DNA of 64,000 bases from an uncultured Candidatus Rokubacteria bacterium (lineage in GTDB: Bacteria > Methylomirabilota > Methylomirabilia > Rokubacteriales > DASRDR01). The stretch's first letter is position 1. Each line of letters opens with the position of its first letter. This document shows positions 31,541 to 42,302 of the stretch, in pieces. The position numbers were made by a program, and so were the translations under genes. The stretch covers positions 38,275 through 102,274 of the forward strand of contig CAVPSB010000020.1 in the NCBI GenBank assembly GCA_963708025.1, read 5' to 3'. Below the pieces are notes generated by a model that saw only the letters and a list, made by a program, of their open reading frames with translations, did no database searches and was not told where the DNA came from.

Positions 31541-32605
31541 GTGCTGTCCGCCTCCCGTCGAGATCGGCAGAGCGGCCTCCGGCCAGGCAAGCTCCCACCG
31601 CGGCTGCTCGAGCGGCTCCTCCGGTGGACGGGGGCGCCCGATCGCCGGGTGGTGGTCGGTCCGCGGTGCGGGGTGGACGCCGCCGTCATCGCCCTCGGGC
31701 GCCGGCGGCTCGTGCTGAAGAGCGATCCCGTGACGTTCACCGCTCGGCGAGTCGGCTGGTACGCCGTGCAGGTCAACGCCAACGACGTCGCGGTCATGGG
31801 CGCGCGGCCCTGCTGGTTCCAGCCCACGATCCTCGTGCCGCCGGGGACCCGCGCCTCACGGGTGCTGGGCATCGCGCGAGAGATGCACGAGGCCTGCCGG
31901 GCGCTGGGCATCGCGATCACCGGTGGCCACACGGAGGTCACGGATGCCGTCACGCGACCGGTCGTCGCCGGCGACATGCAGGGCGTCCTGATCGGGGACC
32001 ACCCGATCACCGCGGCGGGCGCCCGCCCGGGCGACGCGCTCCTGATGACCAAGGCGGCGGGGCTCGAGGGCACGGCGATCCTGGCCGACGAGCGGGCCCC
32101 GCAGCTGAGGCGGTCCGTGTCGGCCGCGCTGGTGCGGGCGGCCCGCCGCCTCCGGCAGGACCCGGGGATCTCGGTGGTGGCGGAGGCGCGCACGGCGGCC
32201 CGGCACGGCGCCTCGGCGATGCACGATCCGACCGAGGGCGGTGTGCGCGCGGCGCTGCACGAGCTCGCGTACGCGTCCGGCGTGGCGCTTCGGGTCGATC
32301 TCGACCAGGTTCCGGTGCGTTCCGAGACCGCCCACATCTGCCGTCACTTCGGCCTGGATCCTCTCGGGCTGATCGGCTCGGGGGCGCTCCTGGTCACGAT
32401 CGCGGCCGGTCGGACGGCCGCCCTTCTGCGGGCCTGGGCCCGCCAGGGTATCTCCGGCCGGGTCATCGGCCGGGTCGAGCGCGGGCACGGCGTCCAGGCC
32501 GTCCGGCACGGCCGTCCCGCCGCCCTTCCGTGGATCGCGCGCGACGAGATCATCCAGGCGCTCGGCGCGGTTCACGGCCACGGCGGGCGCCGCGGGACGA
32601 TGTGA
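31541..32605 (+). CDS. AIR synthase-related (PurM/HypE-like) protein
   Basis: GKLP, GVDAAVI, SDPVT, NANDVAVMGA, GGHTEVT, MHDPTEGG. Confidence 0.88.
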   Translation: MLSASRRDRQSGLRPGKLPPRLLERLLRWTGAPDRRVVVGPRCGVDAAVIALGRRRLVLKSDPVTFTARRVGWYAVQVNANDVAVMGARPCWFQPTILVPPGTRASRVLGIAREMHEACRALGIAITGGHTEVTDAVTRPVVAGDMQGVLIGDHPITAAGARPGDALLMTKAAGLEGTAILADERAPQLRRSVSAALVRAARRLRQDPGISVVAEARTAARHGASAMHDPTEGGVRAALHELAYASGVALRVDLDQVPVRSETAHICRHFGLDPLGLIGSGALLVTIAAGRTAALLRAWARQGISGRVIGRVERGHGVQAVRHGRPAALPWIARDEIIQALGAVHGHGGRRGTM

Positions 32606-32697
32606 AGCTCGCCCCGGCTAGGCGGCGACCGGGGCTCCAGCCCCCGCGCGGCGGCGAGGCGTCGGATGGGTGCGATCTGCCAGCGAGGCCATTCGCG

Positions 32698-32804
32698 GAC
32701 CACCGGGCCGGCTTCTATCAGTTGCTGCGGCTATGTGGTCTAAGGCCTCCTGCCCGATGCGAGCGGCCGGGGGAAGCCGGGCATTTTGATGGCGAAGCGG
32801 ATGG
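32698..32804 (+). pseudogene. Degenerate copy of the 3' end of the AAC(6')-like gene
   Basis: Aligns by eye with 20305-20410 (GGCTTCTATCAG..TATGTGGTCTA.GGCCTCCTGCCCGA..GGGCAT..TGATGGC). Confidence 0.75.
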
Positions 32805-32879
32805 GAGCGAGGCCATAGGCGGGCGCCGGTCGTCTGCGCCCGCACGGGGCGCATCGCCGACAGGCCTGCCCTCGGGGGG

Positions 32880-33970
32880 GTGAGCACGCCATCCGAGCCG
32901 AGACGCTGCCCGGTCAGCCGCTCCTCATCGACGGGTCGTACGGCGAGGGCGGGGGCCAGATCCTCCGGACCGCGCTTGCGCTGGCGGTGACCTTCCGCCA
33001 GCCCGTCCAACTGATCCGGGTCCGCGCCCACCGGCCGAAACCTGGGCTCCAGCCCCAGCACCTCACCGTCGTGCGGGCGCTCCGCGAGATCGGCGCGGCC
33101 GAGGTCACCGGCGACGCGCTCGGTTCCACGGCGTTGACCTTCGTGCCGCGCAGCCTGCGGGCCGGCAGTCATCGGTTCGACATCGGCGCGATGACCGGGA
33201 GCGCAGGGTCCGTCTCGCTCCTCTTTCAGGCGTTGCTCCTCCCGCTGGCCTTCGCGGCGGCGCCCTCTCGGCTCACCCTCGTGGGCGGGACCCACGTGCC
33301 GTGGAGCCCCCCCGTCCACTACTTGACCGAGGTGTTCCTGCCAGCCCTGGAGGAGATCGGGGTGGAAGCCCGGGTCCAGCTCCGACGGTGGGGCTGGTAT
33401 CCGGCGGGAGGCGGAGAGGTCGAGGCGACCATCGGGCCGAGCGCGGTCCTCGGCGGCTTTCGGGCAGAGGGTGCGGTGATGCCACCGATCACTGGCCTGT
33501 CCGCCGTCTCGCGCCTGCCTCGCTCGATCGCCGAGCGCCAGCGGCAGCGGGCCCTGGAGCGCCTCGCGGCGGCCGGCCTCGCCGCCGAGATCGCCGTCGA
33601 GGAGGACGCGAGCGCCCGGGGGCCTGGCACCTTCCTGTTCCTCGCCCGGCGGGGACGCGCGGGCTTCTCGGCGCTGGGCCGCCGGGGGGTGCCCGCCGAG
33701 CGGGTGGCGGACGAGGCCGTTGAGGAGCTACTGGCTCACCGGGCAGCCGGCGCGGCGGTCGACCAGCACCTGGCAGACCAGCTCGTGCCGTTCCTGGCGC
33801 TAGCCGGCGCCCCGTCGAGCTACACGTGCCCGGCCGTCTCGGGGCACCTCGGCACGGTCGCCTGGGTGGTCGAGCAGTTCGTGCCGACGCGGGTGGCCGT
33901 GGACGCCGGTCTGCCGACCCGGGTGCGGATCACTCCCGGCGGCGCTGCCGCCGCCGTGCATCCCACTTAA
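32880..33970 (+). CDS. rtcA: RNA 3'-terminal phosphate cyclase
   Basis: [51 protein letters not shown]; start uncertain. Confidence 0.92.
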
Positions 33971-34302
33971 GGGTCCGCCGCACCGCCTGCGCGATTTCGG
34001 TGTCCGTCACGGGCATGCCGCCGGACGTCTTGCGCTCGGGCCGCGCCGACGTGGCGAGCAGGTCGATGTCGCCCACGGTGTCCTTCATCCGGCGGATGGA
34101 CCCGGCGGCCTCGACCTGTATGACCCCCGGCACCTGTCCAAGCGCGCGGACGAGCTCCCGCGCCAGTGGGAGGGCGTGCCCGATCGGCATTCGTTCCTGG
34201 CCGCTCTCGAGGAGCGCGAAGTTCACGCCGGCGCCGTCCCAGACCGCGCCGAGCGGATAGGGCTGGCCGGGGCCAGAGGATCGACTTCGCGCGGAGGCTC
34301 AC
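33955..34302 (-). pseudogene. Chimera of GlgX N-terminus + PolX segment + BON segment
   Basis: [21 protein letters not shown] / [11 protein letters not shown]...[17 protein letters not shown] / [17 protein letters not shown]. Confidence 0.7.
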
Positions 34303-36047
34303 GGTCCCACCCCGTCGTCCCCATACCGGCTCGCCACCGCCCGCGCGATCGCGCCTCGAAGGTCGCCGATCTCACCGCGCGCCCACCGGCTCTCGATCTT
34401 CCGGAGCTGGGTGCCGAGCTGGCGATCGGAGAAGACCCCGAGCACCCAGCGCGAGAAGTCGCCGCGCCTCGCGTGGGAGGCGAGGACGGCGTCCTCGACC
34501 TCCGCCACCGCCTGCCGGAAGCTCGAGAGGTTCTCGACCGTCTTCACCTGGCGACCGTCAGGGCGCCGGAAGATGAAGCGCCGCTCCGGGGCCACCACGG
34601 CGTCCGTGTACTTGGTGAGGTGGCGGACGTGCGCGGTCTCGCGCGGGACGGGCACGAACGTGAGGGCCCCTTCGCCGTCGTCCGGGTGGGGCTCGAGGCG
34701 CGCGAACTCCCCGCGGGGCAGATCGGGCAGGAGCTCGGCGGTGCGCTCGATGCCGGCGCACCCGGCGAACCCCCGCGAAAGGAAGGCGAGCTCTTCGGCC
34801 GCGGTCGTCCGGCCGAGCAGGAGGAGGTCGACCTGAGCGACCACCGAGGGGCGGAGCCAGCTCGAGTGGTAGGTACAGAAGCAGAACCCCTTCGCCCCGA
34901 GGTCGAGCACATCGTCGCGGACGCCCTCGCGGTGAAGCGAGTAGTGCGCCTCGTCGAGGAGAATCCAGTGGGGCCGCCCGACCCGGTCCCGGAGCCGGTG
35001 GATCCCGGCCAGTGTGGCCTCCACCGCCCGGATCTTCCGGGTGTGGGGCAGCGTCGAGAGGTCGACCACCACGGAGGCGCTCGGATCGCCCTCGATGGGG
35101 GCGAGGGCGCGGTGCAGAGCGGCGTCGCTGCGGATCTCCGTCGGCGTCATTCCCGGCAGCCGGGCGAGGACGTGGTAGTCCCCTTCGGGATCGATGACGC
35201 AGACGGCGTAACGGGCGGCGACCAGCCGCTCGACCAGGGCGCCGGCCAGCCAGGACTTGCCCGAGAGTGGGTCGCCCTGGATCAGGACGTTGACCCCTCG
35301 GGCGGGGACGCTGACGGGCCGCCCCGTCGCCGTGGTCCAGCCGATCTGGAGCCGGTGGCGTGGGGATCGCGCCAGGGGCAGGGTCCCTCCGAGGATCGGA
35401 CCGGTGATCGCCTGCGCCAGCGCCTCGCCGTTTCGGCCGGGGAAGACCCAGTCCACCCGCGCCTGCAGCGCCGGGACCGCGTCCTCCGGACAGGCCGTGA
35501 ACCCGCAGGTGTCGACCAGCGCGATGTCGTTCTCCGCGTCGCCCACGCCGAGCACGTCGTGAAACGAGAGCCCCAGCTCCCGGATCACCTGCCGGAGGCC
35601 GCTGCCCTTCGACACCCCGGGCGGGAGCAGCATCAGCCGGGCGCGGTTCGCGATGAGGTCAACATCGAGTCCCAGCGCATCCAGCACGGCGCGCACCTGC
35701 GCCTCGTCGGCCCGCGCGGTGCCGACGATCACCCGGCCCCGCTCATAGTCAACGCCACGCCGGTCGAGTTCGGCGAGGAGGCGCGGCGAGGGAGGGGGCG
35801 CCTGGTCCCGCAACACCCCGGGGCGTGGGAAGTAGAGGACAGCGCCGTTCTCGGCGACCACCGCGTTGAACAGGTCGAGGCGCTCGCACACGCGCGTCAG
35901 ATCGAAGAAGCTCCGGCCCGTGACGAGGACGAGCGCGAGGCCGGCTGACCGGGCGCGCTCGAGCGCCGCGAGCGCGGCCGGGCCGATCCGATCCTCCGAC
36001 GCCAGCGTGCCGTCGTAGTCGCACGCGAGTAGCTTCAGGAGCATCAC
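34299..36047 (-). CDS. Cof-type HAD hydrolase fused to a P-loop domain
   Basis: DYDGTL, VTGR, SKGSGL, GDAEND; GDPLSGKS and LDEAH. Confidence 0.88.
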   Translation of the reverse strand: MMLLKLLACDYDGTLASEDRIGPAALAALERARSAGLALVLVTGRSFFDLTRVCERLDLFNAVVAENGAVLYFPRPGVLRDQAPPPSPRLLAELDRRGVDYERGRVIVGTARADEAQVRAVLDALGLDVDLIANRARLMLLPPGVSKGSGLRQVIRELGLSFHDVLGVGDAENDIALVDTCGFTACPEDAVPALQARVDWVFPGRNGEALAQAITGPILGGTLPLARSPRHRLQIGWTTATGRPVSVPARGVNVLIQGDPLSGKSWLAGALVERLVAARYAVCVIDPEGDYHVLARLPGMTPTEIRSDAALHRALAPIEGDPSASVVVDLSTLPHTRKIRAVEATLAGIHRLRDRVGRPHWILLDEAHYSLHREGVRDDVLDLGAKGFCFCTYHSSWLRPSVVAQVDLLLLGRTTAAEELAFLSRGFAGCAGIERTAELLPDLPRGEFARLEPHPDDGEGALTFVPVPRETAHVRHLTKYTDAVVAPERRFIFRRPDGRQVKTVENLSSFRQAVAEVEDAVLASHARRGDFSRWVLGVFSDRQLGTQLRKIESRWARGEIGDLRGAIARAVASRYGDDGVGP

Positions 36048-36535
36048 GCGGGCGGGAGCGGGACCTCGATCGGCTGGAACCGGCGCATTCGCCTCACCCC
36101 TTCACCGCGCATTCCCGGCTCAGAAGTTGGCCTCGAAAAACCGGATCGTCCAGCCGGGCGCGCGCGGGTCCACGGTCAGGATCTGGTCGAAGGCCCCGAC
36201 CAGCCGACGCCCGAACGGCGTGTCCACGGCCCATTCCGGTGGACTTTTCAAAGGCTATCCGCTCCGCCGGTAGGGGGTTACCGAGCTTTCAGCTCCTCGG
36301 CAACGCCAGGGCGGACTCAGGCCCGCGCCACTGTGCGAATCTATAGGCTTCTCGAGGCTTCGCAAGCGCTCTGCCACGGGCATGCCAAGCGCGGAATCTG
36401 GCGCAAGCGTTGCAAAAACGCCTGGCAGGTCCCCTCCAGACTCCTGACGACCGAGGCAGTCATGCCCCACATGGGGCGGCAGTGCGACATAATGTGGCCT
36501 GCCGCCCAGAAAGCTCTGTCCCTTCCACCCGCGGC

Positions 36536-36799
36536 ATGAGGTACCTCAGCCGCGGCCCCAAGGAGCGGGTGGGGAAGGCCTCGCAGGGCTATGACGAGGG
36601 TACGCAAGAGGAGTTCAATGCCTTCGCCGACTGCATCCGCTCCGGGAAGACGCCCGACTCGAACCACGAGACCGCCCGGGTGAGCACCCTCATGTCCATG
36701 ATGGGCCGCATGGCCATGTACGACCGCGAAAGCCGCTCCTTCATCCCGCGAGTCATCGGGTGGAAGGACCTGGGGTCGAAGACCGACCCCACGGTCTGA
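36536..36799 (+). pseudogene. C-terminal remnant of a Gfo/Idh/MocA-like oxidoreductase
   Basis: EEFNAFADCIRSGKTPDSNHETARVSTLMSMMGRMA. Confidence 0.55.
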
Positions 36800-36891
36800 G
36801 GAGTCCCGCCAATGCCGATGCTGCTTCCGGCCGCCTGCTGCCCACCCGGAGTCCGGGAGGAGGCGGCGGCGACCGAGGGGGAGGCCATTCC

Positions 36892-37986
36892 ATGAACCTT
36901 CTGCTCAAGGAAATCCGCCGCAACCCTCTGCTCTGGCTCCTGGCGTTCGTCCCCGCGTTGTTCGCTGCCCAGACGCTCAAGCCCGGGGCGCACACGTTCC
37001 TGTTCATCCTCTCCGTCCTGGCCATCGTGCCGCTCGCCGCGTTGCTCAGCCACGCCACCGAGTCGGTGGCGGCAAAAACGGGCGATGCGGTCGGCGGGCT
37101 GCTCAACGCCACGCTGGGGAACCTGACCGAGCTGGTCATCGCGCTGGCGGCGCTGCGCGCCGGGGAGTACATGCTGGTGAAGGCCTCCATCGCCGGGGCC
37201 ATTGTCACCAACACGCTCTTCATGCTGGGCGCATCGTTCCTCCTCGGCGGGCTCAAACATCACGTGCAGGAATTCAACCGGGCCAGCGCCCGGATTCAAG
37301 CCGGACTCCTGTTCCTGGCCACCGTGGCGCTGCTGGTTCCCTCGGCGGTCAGCATCGCCGACTCGGCGCAGGCGGCTGAGTTCACGCAGAAACTCAGCGT
37401 GGGCCTGTCGGTGCTGCTCATCACCGCTTACGGACTCGGCCTGGTGTTCACGCTCAAGACGCATCGCGAGATCTTCGCCAGCGCCGAACAGGCCGAGGGC
37501 CACGAAGCGCCGTGGCCGCTGGGCCTGGGGCTGGCGACGCTGGCCGGTGTCACGGTGCTGGTCGCGCTGGTCAGCGAAGTGTTCGTGGAGTCGGTGCAGG
37601 GCGCCGCTCTGGAGCTGGGGATGACCCCGGCGTTCGTGGGCTTCATCGTGGTGGCGCTGGTGGGCGGCGCGGCGGAAATGGCCACCGCATTCTCGGGCGC
37701 CCGGAAGAATCGGCTGGACTTGAGCGTGGGCATCGCCCTGGGGAGCGCGACGCAGATCGCGCTGTTCGTGGCGCCGGTGCTCGTCGTGCTCAGTTACGCC
37801 GTCGGCCCGACGCCGATGAACCTGCAGTTTTGGCCCGGCGCCCTGGCGATGGTGCTCATCGCTACCATGACTGCGTCGCTGGTGACGAACGGAGGCCGCT
37901 CGGCCTGGTTCATCGGCGTGCTATTGTTGATGGTCTATTTCATCTTTGGCATGACACTTTACCTGCTGCCGCCCCGGACGCAGTGA
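36892..37986 (+). CDS. chaA: Ca2+/H+ antiporter (CaCA family)
   Basis: GGLLNATLGNLTE and GGAAEM alpha-repeats, GSATQIALFVAP; multiple TM helices. Confidence 0.9.
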   Translation: MNLLLKEIRRNPLLWLLAFVPALFAAQTLKPGAHTFLFILSVLAIVPLAALLSHATESVAAKTGDAVGGLLNATLGNLTELVIALAALRAGEYMLVKASIAGAIVTNTLFMLGASFLLGGLKHHVQEFNRASARIQAGLLFLATVALLVPSAVSIADSAQAAEFTQKLSVGLSVLLITAYGLGLVFTLKTHREIFASAEQAEGHEAPWPLGLGLATLAGVTVLVALVSEVFVESVQGAALELGMTPAFVGFIVVALVGGAAEMATAFSGARKNRLDLSVGIALGSATQIALFVAPVLVVLSYAVGPTPMNLQFWPGALAMVLIATMTASLVTNGGRSAWFIGVLLLMVYFIFGMTLYLLPPRTQ

Positions 37987-38258
37987 GTGAGATATTCCTT
38001 TGGATCGTTTGGGTTGGTCGTGCACGCCGCTTTATTTGAAACGGCCAGGAACGTTTTCAATTCGCCGTAGATGTGAAGTCGTGGCTGGCGTCAATGTCTG
38101 TCGGCATCGGCACCACGACGTGGGCCGCTTCGGCCTCCTTCATGCGGAGGGCCGAGAGTATTCGCGGCGCCGTCCTGCGACATTGGCTCATCCGCAATGG
38201 CACTATCGGGAGCCCATCCATGGACGTGGCGCTCGACTTGAGAGAACAGGAGATCCCA

Positions 38259-38612
38259 ATGTCCCCCAGCACTCCGACGATTCCGCCCGCAGAGGCGCTG
38301 CGGATCCACTCGCTCATCACGCCCACCGAACAGGGGATCGCAAGCCGCGTGCTGGCGAGAACTGCCGGCGGCAATGTCACGCTCTTCGCGTTCGACGGGG
38401 GCCAGGGACTCACCGAGCACACGTCACCGTTCGACGCGCTCGTCGTGGTCCTCGAAGGCGCCCTCACCCTGACGATCGGCGGTACCGCCGTCCGCGCGAC
38501 GCCGGGAACCATCGTGCGCATGCCCGCTGACGTGGTGCATGCCGTCGAGGCGCCGGAGGCGGCCCGGATGCTGCTCATCATGCTGCGTGACCGAACGGAA
38601 GGGGGAGCGTAA
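38259..38612 (+). CDS. Cupin-domain protein
   Basis: RBS AGGAG; FAFDGGQGLTEHTSPFDA...MPADVVHAV. Confidence 0.88.
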   Translation: MSPSTPTIPPAEALRIHSLITPTEQGIASRVLARTAGGNVTLFAFDGGQGLTEHTSPFDALVVVLEGALTLTIGGTAVRATPGTIVRMPADVVHAVEAPEAARMLLIMLRDRTEGGA

Positions 38613-38795
38613 CGGCCGTACCCAGGAGCGAGCGGTCGAGGCGGGCCCTCCACATCGGGGCTGGACCTCATGATCGCTCCCGAGACCCGCGGAGACGTGG
38701 AGGCGCGCACGAGATCGGGCTCGTGCCGATCACGACGCCGTGTGCTCGCGCCGGCCGCCCGTCGCCCGAGGGGTGCGCTTGCCACCGGCTCGCGG

Positions 38796-40223
38796 TCAGG
38801 CCGCTGGCTTGATGTTCTGGTTCATCCGGAACAGATTGGTCGCATCGTACTTCGCCTTCAGCTTCGCCAGTCGCTCGTAGTTCGTCCCGTAGGCGCCCTT
38901 CCGCACCCGCTGGCTCTCGTCCTCGGGCATGAAGTTCACGTACACGCCGCCGGTGGCGAACGGGGTCGTGGCGTCGAAGGTCTGTCGCGTCCACGCGATG
39001 CACTCCTGGTCCTGAGCCGGATCTCTCCACCGCGTGTGGATGTTCATGATGAAGTCCACGTCGCGGTGCGGATACGCGGTGGCGTCGGCCGGGATGCGAT
39101 TGATCGCCCCACCCAGGTGTGCGATGAACATCTCGCACTCCGGGGTCGGCAGCCGGCCCACCGCGTCGAGCACCACTTGGATGAATCCGTCGTCGAGCTT
39201 CTTGAAGTCGTTCGACTTCCAGTAGTTCCGCGCGCCCGGCGTGAGGAGCGGATCGAAGGCGGTCTGCCACCCCGCGAACGGGTGCGGTCCGACCACGTCG
39301 GCAATCGGCTTGCCCAGTGCCCGGAGCGACGCGACCGCCTTCTCGGCCTTCTGCATGTCCCCGACGGCGCACACCGCGAACACCAGAACCTCTCTGCCGT
39401 GGACCTCGGCCGGAAGGAAGGGCAGTGGCGGTGCCTTCCTCATCACCACCCACGCGGTGACCTCGTCGGGGGCCGAGGCGACAAAGCGACGGTACCCCTC
39501 GAGGAGCTCCCTTGCCTGCGCGAACGGATGAACGATCAGGCCGGCAATGACCTCCGGCCCCACCGGATGGAGCCGATACTCGAACGATGTCACGACGCCG
39601 AAGTCTCCGCCGCCGCCGCGCACCGCCCGGAAGAGGTCGGGGTTCTCCTTGTCGCTCGCATGCAGGAGCTCGCCGTCGGCGGTCACCGCGTCCACCGAGA
39701 GCAAGTTGTCCACCGTGAGCCCGTACTTGCGACTGATCCACCCGAAGCCGCCGCCGAGCGTGAAGCCGGCGACTCCAGTCGTGGAGTTGATCCCCACCGG
39801 AGTGGCGAGACCGAACGCCTGCGCCTCGCGATCGAACCCGCCCAGGGTCACCCCCGGCTCGACGCGCGCCGTGCGGGCCGCGGGGTCCACGCGCACCGAC
39901 TTCATCGGCGACAGGTCGAGCATCAAGCCACCGTCGCACACCGCGTTGCCCGCGATGTTGTGCCCACCGCCGCGCACCGCCAGCAACAGCTGGTGCTCGC
40001 GCGCGAAGTTGACGGCGCGCATCACGTCGGCCGCTCCGGCGGCACGCACGATGGCCGCGGGCTTACGGTCGACCATCGCGTTCCAGATAGTGCGGGCGTC
40101 TTCGTAGCCTGGCTCGCCGGGCAGGCACATCGTGCCGCGCAGCCCCGCGCGGAGTCCGTGGAGAGCATCTGTTGGGATGACTCGCTGGTTCCCATCGAGC
40201 GTCTTGAGACCGACTTGGGTCAT
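38796..40223 (-). CDS. FAD-binding oxidoreductase (berberine-bridge type)
   Basis: VRGGGHN, TTGVAGFTLGGGFG, YVNF, KYDATNLFRMNQNI. Confidence 0.93.
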   Translation of the reverse strand: MTQVGLKTLDGNQRVIPTDALHGLRAGLRGTMCLPGEPGYEDARTIWNAMVDRKPAAIVRAAGAADVMRAVNFAREHQLLLAVRGGGHNIAGNAVCDGGLMLDLSPMKSVRVDPAARTARVEPGVTLGGFDREAQAFGLATPVGINSTTGVAGFTLGGGFGWISRKYGLTVDNLLSVDAVTADGELLHASDKENPDLFRAVRGGGGDFGVVTSFEYRLHPVGPEVIAGLIVHPFAQARELLEGYRRFVASAPDEVTAWVVMRKAPPLPFLPAEVHGREVLVFAVCAVGDMQKAEKAVASLRALGKPIADVVGPHPFAGWQTAFDPLLTPGARNYWKSNDFKKLDDGFIQVVLDAVGRLPTPECEMFIAHLGGAINRIPADATAYPHRDVDFIMNIHTRWRDPAQDQECIAWTRQTFDATTPFATGGVYVNFMPEDESQRVRKGAYGTNYERLAKLKAKYDATNLFRMNQNIKPAA

Positions 40224-40329
40224 TCTAGACTCCTCCTGTGGGTTCGCCCCGGTGGGGCGTGTTCATGGGAGAAGTATGCCGATGGTGCGGAGTTGACGTC
40301 TGGCCGCGCGTCGGGAACACTTGATCGAG

Positions 40330-40500
40330 CGTCCGAGACGCATCGTCGGCATTGCCAGGCGTCCGCGGGTCCTTGCCGAACGTCCGCCGCTTTCGCCGGG
40401 ATTCGTCAACCTGGCGCGCGTTCTTGACCAACCATGTCGCGGACCTCGTCGCCATCGACTTCTTCACAGTACCCACCGCGCACTTGCGCGTGCTCAACGG
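40330..40500 (+). mobile_element. Remnant of an rve-type IS transposase/integrase
   Basis: TWRAFLTNHVADLVAIDFFTVPTAHLRVL. Confidence 0.75.
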
Positions 40501-40707
40501 CCCTCACCCACACGATCCTTCCTTCCGGGGCTAATCCGCCCACGCTGACCTCAACCGTTTGGGATGGCGGGACCGATCGCCTCAGGCTACCGACTGCCTG
40601 CGTCGAACGTCCCGGCCACCATTCTTCGGGCGTGATGGCCTGTCGTCAGAGCTGGGTGAGTCGCCCCGTGAGTCGGCCGCGCTTTTGGCGAAGGACAGGT
40701 CGGATAC

Positions 40708-40739
40708 TTGACCTCGTGATTCGAACAACGTAGGTTCGA
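40708..40739 (+). promoter_or_regulatory. Sigma70-like promoter overlapped by a palindrome
   Basis: TTGACC-N17-TAGGTT; TCGAAC-N7-GTTCGA at 40721-40739. Confidence 0.5.
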
Positions 40740-40926
40740 TAGGCCCTCCCGGCCAAGTACCGGGCCGCGGGCTTGCGGGAACGCCGGGGAGACATGTTCT
40801 GTCGAGCGCGCGCTGCTCGGACGCCACAAGGGGCACCACGAATGCCAGGCCTGGCGCCCTGTGGTCGGCCGACGGCCGCGAGCGCCGCACCGGTTCACTC
40901 TGATGCTCTCGTTGGGAGGTGATGGC

Positions 40927-42193
40927 ATGACCGGAGAGATCCCACGCTTCACCGTGCTTGCCGCTAGCCGGCTCATCGACGGGAGCGGCGATGCTCCCAT
41001 CACGCCTGCGACGCTCCTCATCGAGGGCGGCCGGATCGTCCCGGCTTGGCCGCCCCGACGAGGTGCCGGTACCCGACGCCGCCGAGGTCCACCGCGTGGA
41101 CTACGGCGACGCCACCATGCTCCCCGGCCTCGTCGATGCCCACACCCACCTGGTTGCCCCCGGGGATGGAACGCTCGGCGACGACATCGCCCGGGAGGAG
41201 GACCACATCCTCCTGCTCCAGGCGGCGAAGAACGCCCGCACCCTTCTCCACTCCGGGGTGACGACGCTCCGGGAGAACGGCGCCAAGGGTCGCGTGGCCT
41301 TCGCCCTTCGGGAGGGCGTGCGCCGCCAGCTGGCGCCAGGCCCCCGCATGATCATCTGCGGGCGGCCGATCACCATCACCGGCGGCCACATGGGATACTT
41401 CGGCTCCGAGGCCGACGGGGAGGATGCGGTGCGGGCCGAGGTTCGCCAGCTGGTCAAGGAGGGGGCCGACTACATCAAGATCGTCGCCACCGGCGGCTCC
41501 ACCCGGACGTCCGACCCCAACCGCGCGTCCTACACGGTCGCCGAGCTCAGGGCGATCACCGACGAGGCGCGCCGCCATGGCAAGCTCACCGCTGCCCATT
41601 GCACCTCGGCCCAGGGGGTCCAGAACTCCCTCGACGCGGATGTCAACATGATCATCCACTGCATCTTCGCCGAGCCCGACGGGAGCTACCGGTTTCGGCC
41701 CGACCTGGTCGAGCGGCTGGTGGCCGCCAAGGCGTGGGTCAATCCGACCCTCTACGTCCAGAAGGCCGGGATCGATCGCCAGCGGGAGGTGCGGGAGCGC
41801 GAGGGGCGCCTCACGCCGGAGCTGGCCGCACAGCTCGACCAGGCGCGGCGGGCCCTCGACGTGCGGATCGAGGCCGTCGGCCGGATGATCGACGCCGGTG
41901 TCCGGATGACGGCCGGATCAGACTCGCCGTGGGGCTGGTACGCTCCCGGCGAGTTCGCCCATGAGATCCACATGCTCGCCGCGGCCGGACTCTCCTACCA
42001 CGGCGCCATCGTGGCCGGCACCGCGGGAGCTGCCGAGTCGATCGGGACGGGGCACGTGGCGGGACGGCTGGCCGCCGGCCGTCCCGCTGACGTGCTCGTG
42101 GTCAAGGGCGACCCGGTCCGGGAGATCTCGGCCCTCTGGAACGTGCTGGACGTGTACCAGGGCGGCCAGCGCGTGGAGCGCGGGATCCGGTAG
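40927..42193 (+). CDS. Metal-dependent amidohydrolase (frameshift near 41045)
   Basis: MLPGLVDAHTH, GADYIK, AAHC, IIHC, AGSD, GRPADVLVV. Confidence 0.9.
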
Positions 42194-42302
42194 GCCGGCC
42201 CCGGGATTCGCGCCCCAGAAGAACCGCCTTGACTCGGGTCGAACCGGGCGCTATGTACCGGGCGTAATCGATACCATCGTGGCCGGCGGCCGGAGGCGAC
42301 GC

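Noticed and set aside
31541-32605. AIRS-fold gene as selenophosphate synthetase SelD
   Set aside because: Lacks the N-terminal G(C/U)xxK motif and DFF motif of SelD; fits the HypE-like AIRS family better
36120-36250. Minus-strand coding-like tail (…GAFDQILTVDPRAPGWTIRFFEANF*)
   Set aside because: Probably another gene 3' scrap, but I cannot assign a family
42229-42257. Promoter TTGACT-N17-TATGTA before the M24 gene
   Set aside because: The -10 lacks the conserved final T; too weak to call
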